From NCBI GenBank assembly GCA_951406725.2, contig OX597825.1:41106001-41170000 (forward strand): a stretch of DNA of 64,000 nucleotides, in the 5' to 3' direction. The DNA is from Octopus vulgaris. Its lineage: Eukaryota. The position numbers were made by a program, and so were the translations under genes. The notes below the pieces were generated by a model. The model was not told where the DNA came from, did no database searches, and saw nothing but the letters and a program-made list of their open reading frames with translations. Within the stretch, counting starts at the first letter, position 1, and the number at the start of each line of letters is the position of its first letter. Of this stretch, positions 1 through 13,620 are shown in pieces.

Positions 1-212
1 TGAAGAAAAGCATAAATTTCAGAGATAAAAATTTAATTACTTTCCAACAGCCATTTTGTTAGAAATAAGCATTATTCATTCTATAATTATATAATTAAGA
101 TATATAATTAATTGATAAAAAATGATCTCAAACATTTATCTTAAATCATCAGGAATATTATAGGCTACTGTACCCATAAGCTGTTATGAGTTCAAATATG
201 AAATGGAGAATG

Positions 213-675
213 TTTTTCTCCTTGTTTCTTTCTGTGTTCCTTTCTGTGGAAGAGCATACGCTTCAAACGTTAAAGACTTTTTCAATTCCCGGACGTTATT
301 CTAATACATCTGTTTGTTTTCTACACCACCTGTCTTTATCTTTTTCTTTTTTCGTGAATTCTCCCTCTATATATATACATATATATATACACACATATAT
401 ATATACATATATATACACACACACACATATATATATACATACATATATATATATATATACATATAAATATATATATGTGTCTGTGTGTGTGTGTTTGTGT
501 GTGTATATATATATATATATGGGGAGAATTCACAAAAAAAACAAAAGATGAAGACAAGTAGTGTAGACAACAAACAGATGTATTAGTATAATGCTCGGGA
601 ACTGAAAAGGTCTTTAATATTTCGAGCCTACACTCTTCTACAGAAAGGAACACAGAAAAAAACAAGGAGAGAAAA
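213..675. repeat. Convergent (tail-to-tail) pair of Penelope-type pseudo-LTR fragments flanking a (TA)/(CA) microsatellite
   Basis: 213-367 is the approximate reverse complement of 521-675. Each arm carries a hammerhead-like motif (CTGTNGA-A-GAG..CTC-GAAA; left arm more decayed). A third copy lies at ~1597-1775. Confidence 0.75.
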
Positions 676-704
676 TAAAGAATGTGTAGTGGCGAGCAAA
701 GGCT

Positions 705-1562
705 GGGTTATGGGCTAACCTTAGGTTTCATGTCTATAAAGAGTTTATGGCATATCATCAGATCCCAAAACCTATTGGCTAAAGGCCTCTCTAGCAAGTG
801 GACTCTCAAGAGTATGGAGGAAGAAAAGACCCTACTACTCCATGTCAACAAAAGGAATTGTCTCCACTAGGCTATCTATTTCTGATGTCACCAAAGGAGA
901 TTGTATCCCTTTAGCTATCGATCACCAGTGACCCTGTTATCCCATGGGTTCCAATAGGCTAGCAAGAATTTCCTGAAATGTAAGCACAGTTTGAAGACCT
1001 CCATTCTGACGTTCAGGATGTTTCTTGGGTTGAGGAATCCTTTAAGGTCCTCACCCATTCCGCTATGCATGATTTACAATGATTGGTCCTTTTAATGTAG
1101 GGGCCTGGCTTTTCTAGGATTCTCCATGATATAAAATCCTGTTGTCTATTAGCTGCCATACATAGCTGGCTATTAACATAATGAATCTCCTTTCTGGCAT
1201 CCTGCAGGAGGATCTGTGGTTGGGGAGACAATGTTTGAATGAGTTCCAGAAACAGCCAATGTATCTCCATGGTCAGGAGTTGGCAGTGGTGTGTCTGTTG
1301 GTGTTGCTACAACCGCTGTTGCTGGAATTGACACTATTGGTGCTGTCACTGCTGGTGTTGGCATCAGTGGAGGTGATGATAGTGTTGGTGTTGGTGCCAT
1401 TGTTGTTGTCGACATTTGAGTAATGGACTCCTGTTCTCCTCCATCACTAGAGAGGTGACTTGCTAGAGAGGCCTTCAGCGAACAGGTTTGGGATCTGATG
1501 ATACAGCATAAAGCAAAGCATTTTATGGATATGAAGCACAAGGTAATCCCATAAACTGGCCT
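705..1562 (-). mobile_element. Degraded non-LTR retroelement 5' region with an inverted diverged copy of its end
   Basis: 705-850 is inversely similar to 1410-1560 (shared ATCATCAGATCCCAAA and AAGGCCTCTCTAGCAAGT). The minus strand has a low-complexity T/P-rich ORF followed by interrupted frames. Family not identified. Confidence 0.35.
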
Positions 1563-1628
1563 TATCTAACTTTAATATATACTGGTCCAGTATATATTTT
1601 TTTTCTCTCCTTGTTTCTTTTCTGTGTA

Positions 1629-1666
1629 TCTTTCTGTTGAAGAGCGTAGGCTCGAAATGTAAAGGA
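1629..1666 (+). ncRNA. Minimal type I hammerhead-like motif with variant core CUGUUGA in a Penelope-type pLTR fragment
   Basis: TCTTT-CTGTTGA-A-GAGC(GTAG)GCTC-GAAA-TG-TA-AAGGA: stem I, core, stem II, GAAA, minimal stem III, UA site. Confidence 0.55.
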
Positions 1667-3648
1667 CTTGTTTTATTTCTATTCCTGAGCGCCATACTAA
1701 TACAATTGTTTGTTTGTACTCCACCTGCCTTCGTCTTTTGTTTATTTTCGTAAACCTTCCCGTTTAATATATACTGTTCTATAACTTAGAGTGTGCTTCT
1801 TTTTCTCAGATTCATGTTTACGGACAATCCAATATACATACACACACACACACATATATATATATATATGAATAAAATAAAATAAAAAATACACTTTACA
1901 GGACATTACCAATGAGTGAAAAATACATAACACATGAGAGAATAGTACAGGACAAAATACCAAATGTCGGACTGTTTATTACTCCCTATTTCATGAGTGC
2001 ATGTATGAAAGGAATGAGCAGAGGTAAGTATGGTAGTAAGGACTAGAATTATTTGAGAAACCTCTCTAGTTCCAGTGTATGATAACATTTGCAGATTCCA
2101 TGCAGCAAATTTGCAGGTGATAATAAGGGTATCTATCTTAGAAAAATCATTAAAAGAATACGAACAGAAAATGGAGGTGGTGTGAACTTCAGAAGCCCTA
2201 TTACAAAACACTGTCAAAAGCAATAACTCTAAAAATACCAACACATGTTCAACAGATTACTTTGTTTCAAAAAAACAGTAACAATAATAAAAATAAATGG
2301 TAATGAAAGGTTCATGTATTAATTTTTACAACCAGACATAAGAACCAGATAGCTGTGTGCAATCTGTCAGAGAGACACACCATGTTGACTTCACTCCGTT
2401 AAGTTCCTTAGATTTCATTTATAATAAGATTCTTTACACTAAGGGGTTGAACATACAATTTTCTATAAGTCAGACTGTCTCATGGTTCCGCTCAGACTGC
2501 TTCTGCTATAAACAATTTCTCAATGTAGTGGATTTAACTTTCCAATATAAAAATTGGTTTCTGTTCACCACTGCTCAGTGAACTGAGGCAATGAAGAATT
2601 CTCTGTTCTGCCCAGAAACAGAACATGAGTACTGAACTTGAATTCTAGATATCTTAGCTGATTGATCTTTGACTAATCTTTTGAGATATTTGCATAAAAA
2701 ACTGAAATTTAAAACTTTGTTCAGATGCTCTCACACAAGACAATGTTTTTTAAACACAATCTCTGCATTCTCACATTAACAACAGTCACTTTGGAAAGAA
2801 ATCAAAAAAATGATATTTATTAACATTTTAATTATTTCAAATGCAATTGGTATCTATAAAACATTACTTTTTTTTACAACCTGAATAATATTTGTGTAAT
2901 TGGTATTCTCTATATGCATTTATCATAGAACTGGTAGCACAATAAAGGGTAGAAAGACCATACTGTAAAATAGTAGATGATAGGAAGGGTATCCAGCCAC
3001 AAAAGCAAGCATATATGCATATGCAACAAAAATAGCTTATGCTACGAGTACCAGATAATGAAGGCTGTGACAAGTGGTAAGGTGATATGAAATCTGTTCA
3101 ACTTTTACTCCCATAGAAAATATATAAAATGTTAACTGGTGACATATTACTTCTAATTGTCAATGAATTACATACACACAATTACACACATATACACTCC
3201 AAACAAACATGCAAACACCCACAAATACATGTTGCCTTATTGAAATATATTTTAGAAAATTAGAAGAAACTTTGATATATCATTGTTAAACAGGTATTAA
3301 CATTTTCTCTTGTTGTTGAACATATAATTAATTGATTTACAGCACAGGAACATAAAATATTTAATCAACATAAAGCATTTAATTACCTTCAAGTTGGTAA
3401 TATATTGTTGATAAGAGTTGAAAATTATGTCAAATTGGTTGCTTTTAAATTATTAATTAATTTTAGAATTATCTATGTCTGGCAAGTGATTTGATCTGAG
3501 ACCATGAGTTAATATTGAAACAGTTACAGCATGGAAGACATATTAGCCATTCAAAAAGATACAAAAAATGTTCACTTCACTTAAACATTTTTTGATTTGG
3601 TGAGACAAGGTTGTGGACCAGTATATAAAGGCCAAGTGTGTGTGTATA

Positions 3649-4840
3649 TATTGGATCATCCCATAATGAAGTTTTTTTCATTTGCATGAACTAAAAGATG
3701 GAGGGGACGAGCTAAACTACCTGCATCAACTTGCTATAAAAGCAGGTAGTAATTTTACCTTGCCCTTATTCTTAGTGCAAGTTTTGAAGAGTGCAGTTCG
3801 ATTTTAACAGTTATCTTTTCAAAGCTATAGTGGAAGTGTCAAAGGATCATATTTCATATATTTTGCTTTATTAGTTCAATAAAAGCAACAATGCAATGGA
3901 AAGTATGAAGAATATTAATGCAGTATATGGGAATTAGATGGTAAGTGCAAGCCAATGTCAACGGTGGTTTCAGAAATTCTGAGCCGGAAACTACAGCCTA
4001 GAGGATGAAGTTCATCCTGGAAGATCTGTAGAGCTGAATAAAGACATCCTAGTGGAACAGAATCCCATTGTAATTGTTTAGGAACCAGCAGAGAAACATG
4101 AATTTGGTCATTCAACCATTCATCGACATCTGTGTGCCATCGGAAAAGTCAGCAAATTGGGTCAATGAGTTCCTCACAAACTTTCCCGAGTCTAATTTCA
4201 CATAGAGAGTGAATATGTGCTCTTCTTTGTTATCACGTCTCACGAATGAACCATTTTTGGATCAAATAGTGACTGGTGACAAGAAATGGGTTCTCAATAA
4301 AAATGTCAAGCACCAAAAATAGTGGGTACAGAAAGGAGAAACACGGCATCCCAGGCTAAAGAATGTCTTCACCCATGTAAGTTGTGGTTATCTGTTTGGT
4401 GAGATATAAAAGGTTTAGTCCACTTTGAACTTTTAAACCCAAACCAAGCAATAACAAAGGAGATCTACTGTGAGTAGTTAGAAGAAAAACAACTATCTTT
4501 GGTTTCAACATAAAAGGTGTCCTTCTATCAGGATAATTTTTGGCTACATACAACAAGGATGACATTCCAAAGGGTAGAGCAGATTGAAGGGGAAACGATG
4601 CCTCACTTATCATATTCACCGGATATTGCCCCATCTGATTATCATTTATTCTACAGTCTTCAAAATCATTTGGACGACAAAAATATGCATTCTGTAGACA
4701 ATATCAGAACAGTACTGGAGGAGTACTATTCATCACAGAATTTTGGAAAAGCCGCCTTGAAGGTCTATGAGATAGATGGAAGAGCATTGTAGAAAATGAA
4801 AGAGAGTATATTTTAGATTAAAAAAGCACTTTGTTTAAGA
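3649..4840 (+). mobile_element. Mariner-type DNA transposon, pseudogenised transposase (~3830-4821)
   Basis: Interrupted frames give (W)VPHKL, IVTGDKKWV, YSPDIAPSDYHLF and C-terminal EYILD*. TIR-like TATTGGATCATCCCATAA at the 5' end. Confidence 0.9.
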
Positions 4841-6589
4841 TATATAGGCACCAGTACAGATAGACAATAACCAAAATAACTGACCAATATAGAAGAAAAA
4901 AATAATATTTAAAATCCTGAAGCCTATATATAGAGGCCCACTGCCTTACTTTCAAAACAGTTGCAGTGGAACTGCATCAGTGACCAGGTAGCAGTTAGTG
5001 TGACAAAACTTTTGACTCCATATAATAAGTGTTTAACTGTTTTAAATGGCTAATATGTCATCCATGCTATAATGGCTTATAATCAATTATTTTACAAGTG
5101 CTAATATAATTACTAAATAATTAATTCTTATATTGAATCCTTATTATAACATAAGACCTGTTATTGAACAAGAATGTCATAATCATCATCAACCAAATCA
5201 TTTAAAGTATGTTTTTCATCCTGATGTTGGTTGAACAGTCTGAGGGGATTCAATCAACTGAATGGTTACATCGGACTCCAATTACTGAGTTGGCATGGTT
5301 TCCATAGGGATTTAGCTTTGTTTCTCCAATCAAGTGTGTAAAACAGATTTATGTATTTGTATGCATTTCTCCAACCATGGAGAAATAGAAAAGTTCTTTG
5401 TCTGAGAAGGAATTTGAAATTAAAACTAAGAAATATGAATGAAGTACAGTAATGTATTTATTTTGATGTTCTATTTTTGTCTTATTTTTAACATTGATTA
5501 CTAACTTAGTTGTGTGAACAAGAAAATAAAATGTTTGATTAGCAATAATTTGTAGCTGAGTCCCTGTGAAATATTTTCACTTTATTATGGGGATATAAAC
5601 AAAGTCTGAAGAGTAAAAGTTATTGTTCCCCAGGCTATTGTCTTTTAATAAAGTGAAGTGAATTTTTCTATTGTGGTCCAACTTTGTGTCAAAGATTTCA
5701 CTTCTCCAGGTCTTAAGCTTACTTTACAGCTCTTTCACAGATTTTATATTAATACAACTTTTAATTAAAGTGTGATAGGGTTGAATTACAGAACTGGTAG
5801 AGGAAATGTCACCATATATGATCTTTGTTGAATTCTCTGCGAGACTGATTATAACTGTCTTTCCCCCAGGGTCAATTTAGTCTGCTTTATCCAGTCTGGT
5901 TCTGATAGAGAAAATCAATATCACTGATAATTGATTCTACTTTTGTCATATATTTTAATTAATTTTAATTCTGTTTCTTTGTGCAGATACATTTTTGTTA
6001 TGTAAATTATATTCACCTCTAAAGTAGGAGCTTAGTTATTATGAAGTAAAAGGCATACATCAAAGAGCTTAACATTAATCTTACTATCAGTTTGAATCTC
6101 TATAGAGTATTCATTTAATAAACAAGAAGTTTTGTCATGGAGTACCACAGGGCTGTATTTTTCAACCACTTGTCTTTCTAGTATTCATTAGTTACTCTAA
6201 ATGATTCATCTTGCTCTAAATGATTTATTAGGCATCGATTTGATAAATGATATGTAATATCAATACATCATTTATAATTATATGTAATAGAACTAATATC
6301 AATTAATAATAGAACTAATTACAACTAAAATACTTTATAAAACAGAATATATGTTACTTTAACATGAGCAGGAAACAATTCTTTACTATTAGTTATTGAA
6401 GTGTTGATCTTACTTTGTAAAAATATTAGATATATTGGACTTGTAAATGATGAGAGCCTGGATTAGAATGCACATAATGACAGAGGGACAAGCTACTGAA
6501 TTTCACAGATATATACTTGAAAGAGCTATTCTGGATGCACAGGAGAGAAAGTAGTTGGATAACATTATCCAGCAAAGTAGGATGTGAAA

Positions 6590-7490
6590 TTCACTTGCAT
6601 AAACAATGTTGTATTACAAGGAAGTGTCATCTCCAATGACTGAAGTATGAGTATCATCACCAGCTGTTACTAAGCCAAAAGAGATGCTCTAGAAAGAAAC
6701 AACTTTAGATGTATCCAGTTAATGGCTGGAATTATGAAAATAACCAATTTGTAACAGAATTATGTTAGATAAGATGCAGACTGGGTTTGTATCAGAACAG
6801 GGGGCTGGCAAGACTTGGTTCATTGTGAGACAATTTCAGGAGAGTTCAACAAATGAGTTCCTTCAAATACTTGGAAAGCTTCCAAGAAGTACTTGATAGA
6901 TTCTGTTACCAAAGTGACTTAATTAGCAGTGGAGGCTGGTATTCTGAAAGCATAGAACTCGGAGTAAGAATTGATTGATATAACCTCAGAGATCTATTAC
7001 GCCAATGGACAGCAAATGGATTCTATCTCTAGGTGAAGGACTGATAGTATGATGCCTATGTATGAAGTGTAGCATGGCATGGTAGCAAAATACGAGTAGT
7101 GAATCTAGATGATGTGCAAAAGCTAGAAAGAAACGAAGTGAGCATATTTCACTGGAAGTGTTCTGAATGACACACTTCAAAGAAGCTAAGAGAAAAACTG
7201 GGCACAGGCAAATTGTTAGTACAGTGCAGGAGAGAAGGCTGTGAAAATCTAATTATATATTGAATATAAAGAATGACAGCAGTATAAAGAAATACCAAGT
7301 GATACAAAGGAAATGAAAACAAAGACCAAGAAAGACATAGGAAGAAATGGTTATCTCATAAGGCTGAACTGCATACAAGAGGTAACTAAGGATGAAAAAT
7401 GTAGCAAGACACTGTGCAAGAGAAGTTTCGTCTCACCCAATCATGCAAGGAAAAAGCAGATGTAAAATGATGATAATATTGATGATAACA
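6590..7490 (+). mobile_element. Highly degraded RTE LINE fragment
   Basis: Translates as INNVVLQGSVISND*S...DALERNNFRCIQL, homologous to VNQVVRDGVIPNDW...DALDRNNYRGIKL of the RTE at 54 kb. Ends in a decayed (TGA)n tail. Confidence 0.7.
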
Positions 7491-8062
7491 ACCATCAGAC
7501 ATCACTGATTTACAGTGCACAAAATTCCTTAACAAACTGTTGTCATATCATGAGATAAAGAAATGCTTTATGCTTTGTTCCACTCACTCATGTCTTTACT
7601 CCATGCAAATGTAGAAACAAAGTCAGCCATCAAACTGTATTTGACAGAATATTTTCTCTTTCAAAAAATGCCTTAGGAATATTTTTTGTTATTCTTTCAT
7701 AAAACACTATTTTTCATAATTTGAGAATTTAAATATTCCTTTATCTTTTATAATGTTTAAAATATGTTGTTTTGTACATACTTACCAATCTGGAGGCTTC
7801 TTTAAGAAAAACAGAAATTCTTATAATACAAGACACACTAACAAAAGAATATTTATCTTTCCACATTCAGGTCTAATCTCTACAGGAAATCCTTATTAAT
7901 TAACTTTCATATCTGTTTAATCAAGCATAAATTTTTCCAGTATTCCATACCTGACAAGATAAGTCAAGAAAAGTACTCGTATGCAGTTGTTCAACCTTTT
8001 AGAAATAGCAACTATATTACCTAAAATGCAATCTACCATTTTTAAAATGTACATCTAGTTAC

Positions 8063-8378
8063 GTGGAGGCACAATGGCCCAGTGGTTAGGGCAGTAGACT
8101 CACGGTTGGAGGATCGCGGTTTTGATTACCAGACTGGGCGTTGTGTGTGTTTATTGAACGAAAACACCTAAGCTCCACGAGGCTCCCGCAGATGGTGGTG
8201 GCAACCCCTGTTGTACTCTTTTTCCCCAACTTTCTCTCACTCTTTCTTCCTGTTTCTTGAGTAATGCTGCAATGGACTGGCGTCCCGTCCAGCTGGGGGC
8301 AACACATACCCCACAGAAACCGGGAAACTGGGCCCATGAGCCTGGCTAGGCTTGAAAAGGGTGCATAAATAAAAAAAA
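8063..8378 (+). mobile_element. Full-length tRNA-derived SINE with poly(A) tail and 12-bp TSD
   Basis: A-box TGGCCCAGTGG, B-box-like GGTTTTGATTACC, A-tail. TSD ACATCTAGTTAC at 8051-8062 and 8379-8390. Confidence 0.9.
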
Positions 8379-8873
8379 ACATCTAGTTACAGAAATATAA
8401 ATCTAGTTACAGTTAAACAAAATAACAGTGGTCATGGCTAGAAAGCCTTCGATCAAAATATATCTGCTTAGTTAGGACTGACTTTGGTTACACAGCAGCA
8501 AACACAATAAAAACGAAATTATAGCTTGATGACTAAAATTCTAATTTAAAAGATATATTAACCAAAGGGAACATTAAGTTATTCAATTAGTTTCACATCA
8601 TCAATGGGTATCTTTATTATCTATCATATATTAATTACACTAAAGGTATAATAATTTGCACTTTACGTAACTTTTGTGATTGATTATTTGTAATTTTGAC
8701 TTATTGTAGTCATAATTCATTTTAATGATGAATGATTAGTTTTAATTAACAACTGTTAAAGTGTTAGTTACAAAATGAAATATAACCTAATCTTTCTTCT
8801 GGTGTTTGATTATCAGTGATATTATAAATGAATGTGTGTGGGTGTGGGGGGGGGTTCATATAAACACACATAC

Positions 8874-8906
<33 letters not shown>

Positions 8907-9132
8907 ATGTATGTAGTAAGTATGTCTTTTACCTGTTATCTTTTATTTGTTTCAATGATTTTTGACTCTGACCAACCTGGAGCACATCCTTGACCCCGGC
9001 ACTTATTTTTCAAAGCCCGGTACTTATTCTATAAGTCTCTTTTGCCGAACCACTAAGTTATGGGAATGTAAACATATCAATAACGGTTGTTGAGCAGTAG
9101 TGGGGTACAAACAGAGACACAAAGACATGCAG

Positions 9133-9200
<68 letters not shown>

Positions 9201-9316
9201 GTAGATGTATATATATATATATATATACATATATATTTTATTTTATAGAAGGAGCTTCTACAGGACTAGAACTGTTTCATTCAAAAGAAATAATATATAC
9301 ATATATATATATAAAC

Positions 9317-9358
<42 letters not shown>

Positions 9359-9360
9359 GT

Positions 9361-9409
<49 letters not shown>

Positions 9410-9432
9410 TTTATATACATATATATATATAT

Positions 9433-9470
<38 letters not shown>

Positions 9471-9530
9471 TATACATATATATATATATACATATATATA
9501 TATACATATAAATATATATACATATATATA

Positions 9531-9688
9531 TCATCATCATCGTTTAGCGTCCGCTTTCCATGCTAGCATGGGTTGGACAGGTCAACTGGGGTCTGTGAAG
9601 CTGGAAGGCTTCGTCAGGCCCAGTCAGATCTGGCAGTGTTTCTACGGCTGGATGCCCTTCCTAACGCCAATCACTCCGCGAGTGTAGT
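9531..9688 (-). mobile_element. 5'-truncated RTE 3' end ((TGA)n tail) inserted in (TA)n. Similar ends at ~16505, 18016, 24468, 25950, 35700-36050, 38560-38700 and 45115
   Basis: Closely matches 39746-39920, the 3' UTR of the RTE at 40 kb (CCATGCTAGCATGGGTTGGAC...GGATGCCCTTCCTAACGCCAA). Confidence 0.85.
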
Positions 9689-9698
9689 ATATATATAC

Positions 9699-9735
<37 letters not shown>

Positions 9736-9810
9736 GGTGATAAATAAAAATATATGCATACATACAAACATATATGTACGTTCGTCGTTTCGGTCCACTT
9801 CTTGGTTCCT

Positions 9811-9954
<144 letters not shown>

Positions 9955-10644
9955 TTATGTACTGATAGATAATTATATAGATATAATTATAGCACAAGGG
10001 TATGTGTAGAGACACCAACATGTTTGAAATAAATGCTAAAAATGCTATGCATACTCTGTGCCTACACATACCCTTGTGCTATAATTATATCTTTATAATG
10101 ATATATCAGTATAAATATTTTCCTAAATGGAGTCAACATGCGAGCCACTTGATAGAATCATTAAATGGTTTTATCCTTCATTAATTAATTAATTAAATAT
10201 ACATATATATATATTCTGTTGTGTCTGGGGAGAGTCATTTTCTTTTTGTGCCTTATAATGTAACTCACTCAAAACTATTGACTCTCAAAACTATTGAAAA
10301 GGTTGCAAGACGCAATGAAAAGTTTAGGAAAATAAAAATAGGAAAAAAGTGGAAATTTTACTGGTGCGTGTGTTACATTATAAGGCACAAAAAGAAAATG
10401 ACTCTCCCCAGACACAACAGAATATGCTTCAATGCACGAACTCATATAAAGAATCTTGCAAACCAAATCCAAAAACGAAATATATATATATATATATATA
10501 GATATACACATATTATTGGTTATATAAATAGAGGAAATCTATCTGTAAAATAATATGGTGTTGTGGACTTCCACCTCGGCATCCGAAACACAGAGTTTTA
10601 TCTTGGCTACCGAATAATTGTCACATATTATTTTACAGATATAT

Positions 10645-10691
<47 letters not shown>

Positions 10692-10930
10692 CATATCAAA
10701 GGGAAATGGAATTTAATTAAAATTAAAATATTCAATCAAAATTTACATTTCCAGTGGTCTAACGTGCAAAAAAAATTAGTCAAGAAGACTATATATTAGT
10801 TATACAATATAGTGCATATTTATACACATAAGGAATTTCACTTAGCGTGAAATTCAACACATTAGAGAGAACAGCTAGGTTCTGTAAACCACAAAAATAA
10901 TGGATAAAATTCGACAGGAATAAATTTGGA

Positions 10931-11030
10931 NNNNNNNNNNNNNNNNNNNNNNNNNNNNNNNNNNNNNNNNNNNNNNNNNNNNNNNNNNNNNNNNNNNNNN
11001 NNNNNNNNNNNNNNNNNNNNNNNNNNNNNN
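10931..11030. other. Assembly gap (100 N)
   Basis: Run of 100 n. Confidence 1.
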
Positions 11031-13310
11031 TTTATATATAAAATTGTTGAATCTTCTTATCTATAAATGGAGAGCAACAAAATTTTAATAAAATCATTAA
11101 TCATACGAAAACGTTTACCAATTTCTAATGAATGAGGATTAAAGATAAAATCATTGAAAATGTTTATGTGCAGGTTTATGGTTAACTCTGGATAAGACCA
11201 TTGTTGTTTCATAGAGTTTTCTTCAAAAGCACTCTGGAAGTTGATATCTGTAGTATAAGGTAGTAATCAGATATTAGCCTGATTGAAACAGATTTTATTT
11301 CTCTTGCATACAAAATTAACATAGACTGATTGTTGTTTATTTGAGATACGGTTTTTCTTTCTTTTATTAATTTATCGTCAATTAACACTCTCGATGTTAG
11401 CATAAATAGGTTCAGAAACAGACTTGAGTGTATCAGATCAGAGAAACACTTTTACAATTTTTAACATTTAAATCTATCTTAAGATCATTTTTAATGAATG
11501 ATTCTGATTTCTGAAATTTTTCGCAGCAGTTAGATCTGTTTTATTGTATAGGATTTACTTTATCTTTCTAATGTATCATAATAATTAAATTCCTAATTAA
11601 ATTGCATCAGTATCTCTAAACAAAAGCTATTTACCTCCTTATTGTTTTGAATATAATGTGCATTATCTTGTGCCATGTTGTGTTGATGATGCAAGTTTAT
11701 TCTAGCTGCATCAAGTTATAGTGTTGATTATCTGTGTTACAAAACAAGTAAACATATCTGTACTTGGAGGTCACATATATTATTGGAACATCCAACTATC
11801 CCCTCAAATTAATTATATATTTATATATTTTTAATACAACATTAAACTAATCGGTATTAAAATTTAGATGGTATTGTTAATGTCCATTGCAAAAGGCCCA
11901 GTACATGTGACCGCGGTGAGGACAGCGGTTTCATAGCCGGCGTGTGTAAGTGTTTATCTATTCAAATGCTTACGAGAATAATTGTATATTTCATACAATT
12001 GTCCTCACACCTGCATTTCAGGGAGGTCGTCATTTCGCCGGAATATTCGAGAACACATGTACCACAGGTGGAGGCCGATTACAGATTAATTATGGCTAGC
12101 TATTGATCTGACGAACACCTCATATGTGCACCCAGTGTTCCAAATGCTAATCACATACGTTAATAACTTAAACAGTACACTATCTCCTTCTTATTATTCA
12201 ATGATTTTAAACAGCTAAAGCATTAAAGTGTAAATGACTATAAAAGAGTGAAGTAAGCAGTGAGTAGAATCTGGTAAAAATAGAAACATATCTGATATAA
12301 ACAAGGACACATAACCTCATGTTAAAAATCTAGACATTCAATACTATTTTCTGTTATTGACAGCTTAGGACCTTTAGAAATTATTGAATATTTTACCAGA
12401 GAGAATCATTTGCATTGTTGACCTGGAAAGAAAATTACAATTCATTGCAAAGAAAGTACTCAATAACTTGATTTTGTTCAACACTGCAAATCCTGGGAAA
12501 TGTCTTCGTCATATTCAGTGTGCATAAATTCACCACGGGCAGGCAGGAAAACATGCACATGTGCATGCATGTGCCACGTGTATGCATGTGGCATGCGTTG
12601 GCATATCTGCAGTAAAATAAGGACAAAATATAAAAAAGAACTAATTATTTGAACAATGTTATTTTATATATGCTCAAATAATATCAAAAAGCTGAAACGC
12701 ATTGTTGGCAGTTCTAGGAGAATAGATCAGTTGAACTACTAAAATTTCTTAAATTTTTCTATTATATATGACTATATATATTAGATGACTTTCACAACAC
12801 TGCCCGGAAGAAAAAATCAGGTTCTTAGAAATGAGTATTATGTGTGTTCTGTCAAAATAGATTGTAACTCATTAATCAATTGCAACTTATATTGCAGACA
12901 AAAATATTTTCTACAGCTATAGAAGACACATATTTCAATAATAATGTGCTATATGCTTTGTTGTCGGGGTTTTTATTAAAAAAGTAAAAACATTTTGTAT
13001 AAAGTTTTATTTTTACATTTCACACTTATGAACTTTTATTAGCTTCATGTAGAACCGCATATCTCATATTGCTTGAATTTTTTCCACATACAGCTATACA
13101 TGGTCAATGTTAAAGCAATGTGGTATAAAACTTAATTATCAAGAAACACCACCCATACGCATTCACCTCATAAACATCACCCACATCCACTCATCTGTAC
13201 AGCAAAGCACACAGTCTATATGCACAAACAAAAGAAAAAAAAAGAAAATTGCACTTAATCATCACCGACTCATCATATGCACACACACACTCACTCTCCA
13301 TAAACGTCCT
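11031..13310 (-). other. Error-rich inverted duplicate of ~13320-16420 (probable long-read fold-back artefact)
   Basis: Collinear reverse-complement matches throughout, e.g. GAGGATTAAAGATAAAATCATTGAAAATG at ~11135 vs ~16268-16296, and TACAGCTATAGAAGA at ~12913 vs ~13881-13895. Pervasive small deletions; starts at the gap. Confidence 0.9.
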
Positions 13311-13319
13311 CACATATGG

Positions 13320-13620
13320 TCTGGGTGCATATGGAGTGAGTGCGTATGGAGTGAGTGTGTATGGAGTGAGTGTGTGTGTATGGAGTGTGCGTATATTGAG
13401 TGAGTGTATATTGATTGAGTATGTGCATATATTCTGTGTTTGGAGTGGGTGAGTGCATATGGAGTATGTATGAAGTGAGTGAGTACATATGGTTTGAGTG
13501 CATATAGACTGAGTGCGTATAGACTGAGTGCGTATGGAGTGAGTGAGTGTATGTGGAGTGAGTGTTTATGGAGTGAATGCGTATGGAGTGAGTGTTTCTG
13601 GAGTGAGTGAGTATGAAGTT
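13320..13620. repeat. ~15-bp minisatellite (ATGGAGTGAGTGYGT)n
   Basis: Directly visible tandem units. Confidence 0.85.

Noticed and set aside
1173-1541. Mucin-like T/P-rich ORF
   Set aside because: Embedded in a repeat whose end recurs inverted at 705-850; treated as a retroelement relic.
7780-7820. Minus-strand 14-nt micro-exon with GTAAGT donor
   Set aside because: AAG acceptor, length not a multiple of 3, and opposite strand to the other candidates.
8063-8140. tRNA gene (also at 15250-15320 and other SINE heads)
   Set aside because: A/B boxes run into SINE bodies and there is no complete cloverleaf.
9255-9290. Hammerhead half-motifs (also ~10570-10605 and 49680-49710)
   Set aside because: Only one core half is intact, so they are not called as ribozymes.
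11209-13290. ORFs and apparently novel sequence after the gap
   Set aside because: Garbled mirror of 13.3-16.4 kb; likely artefact.
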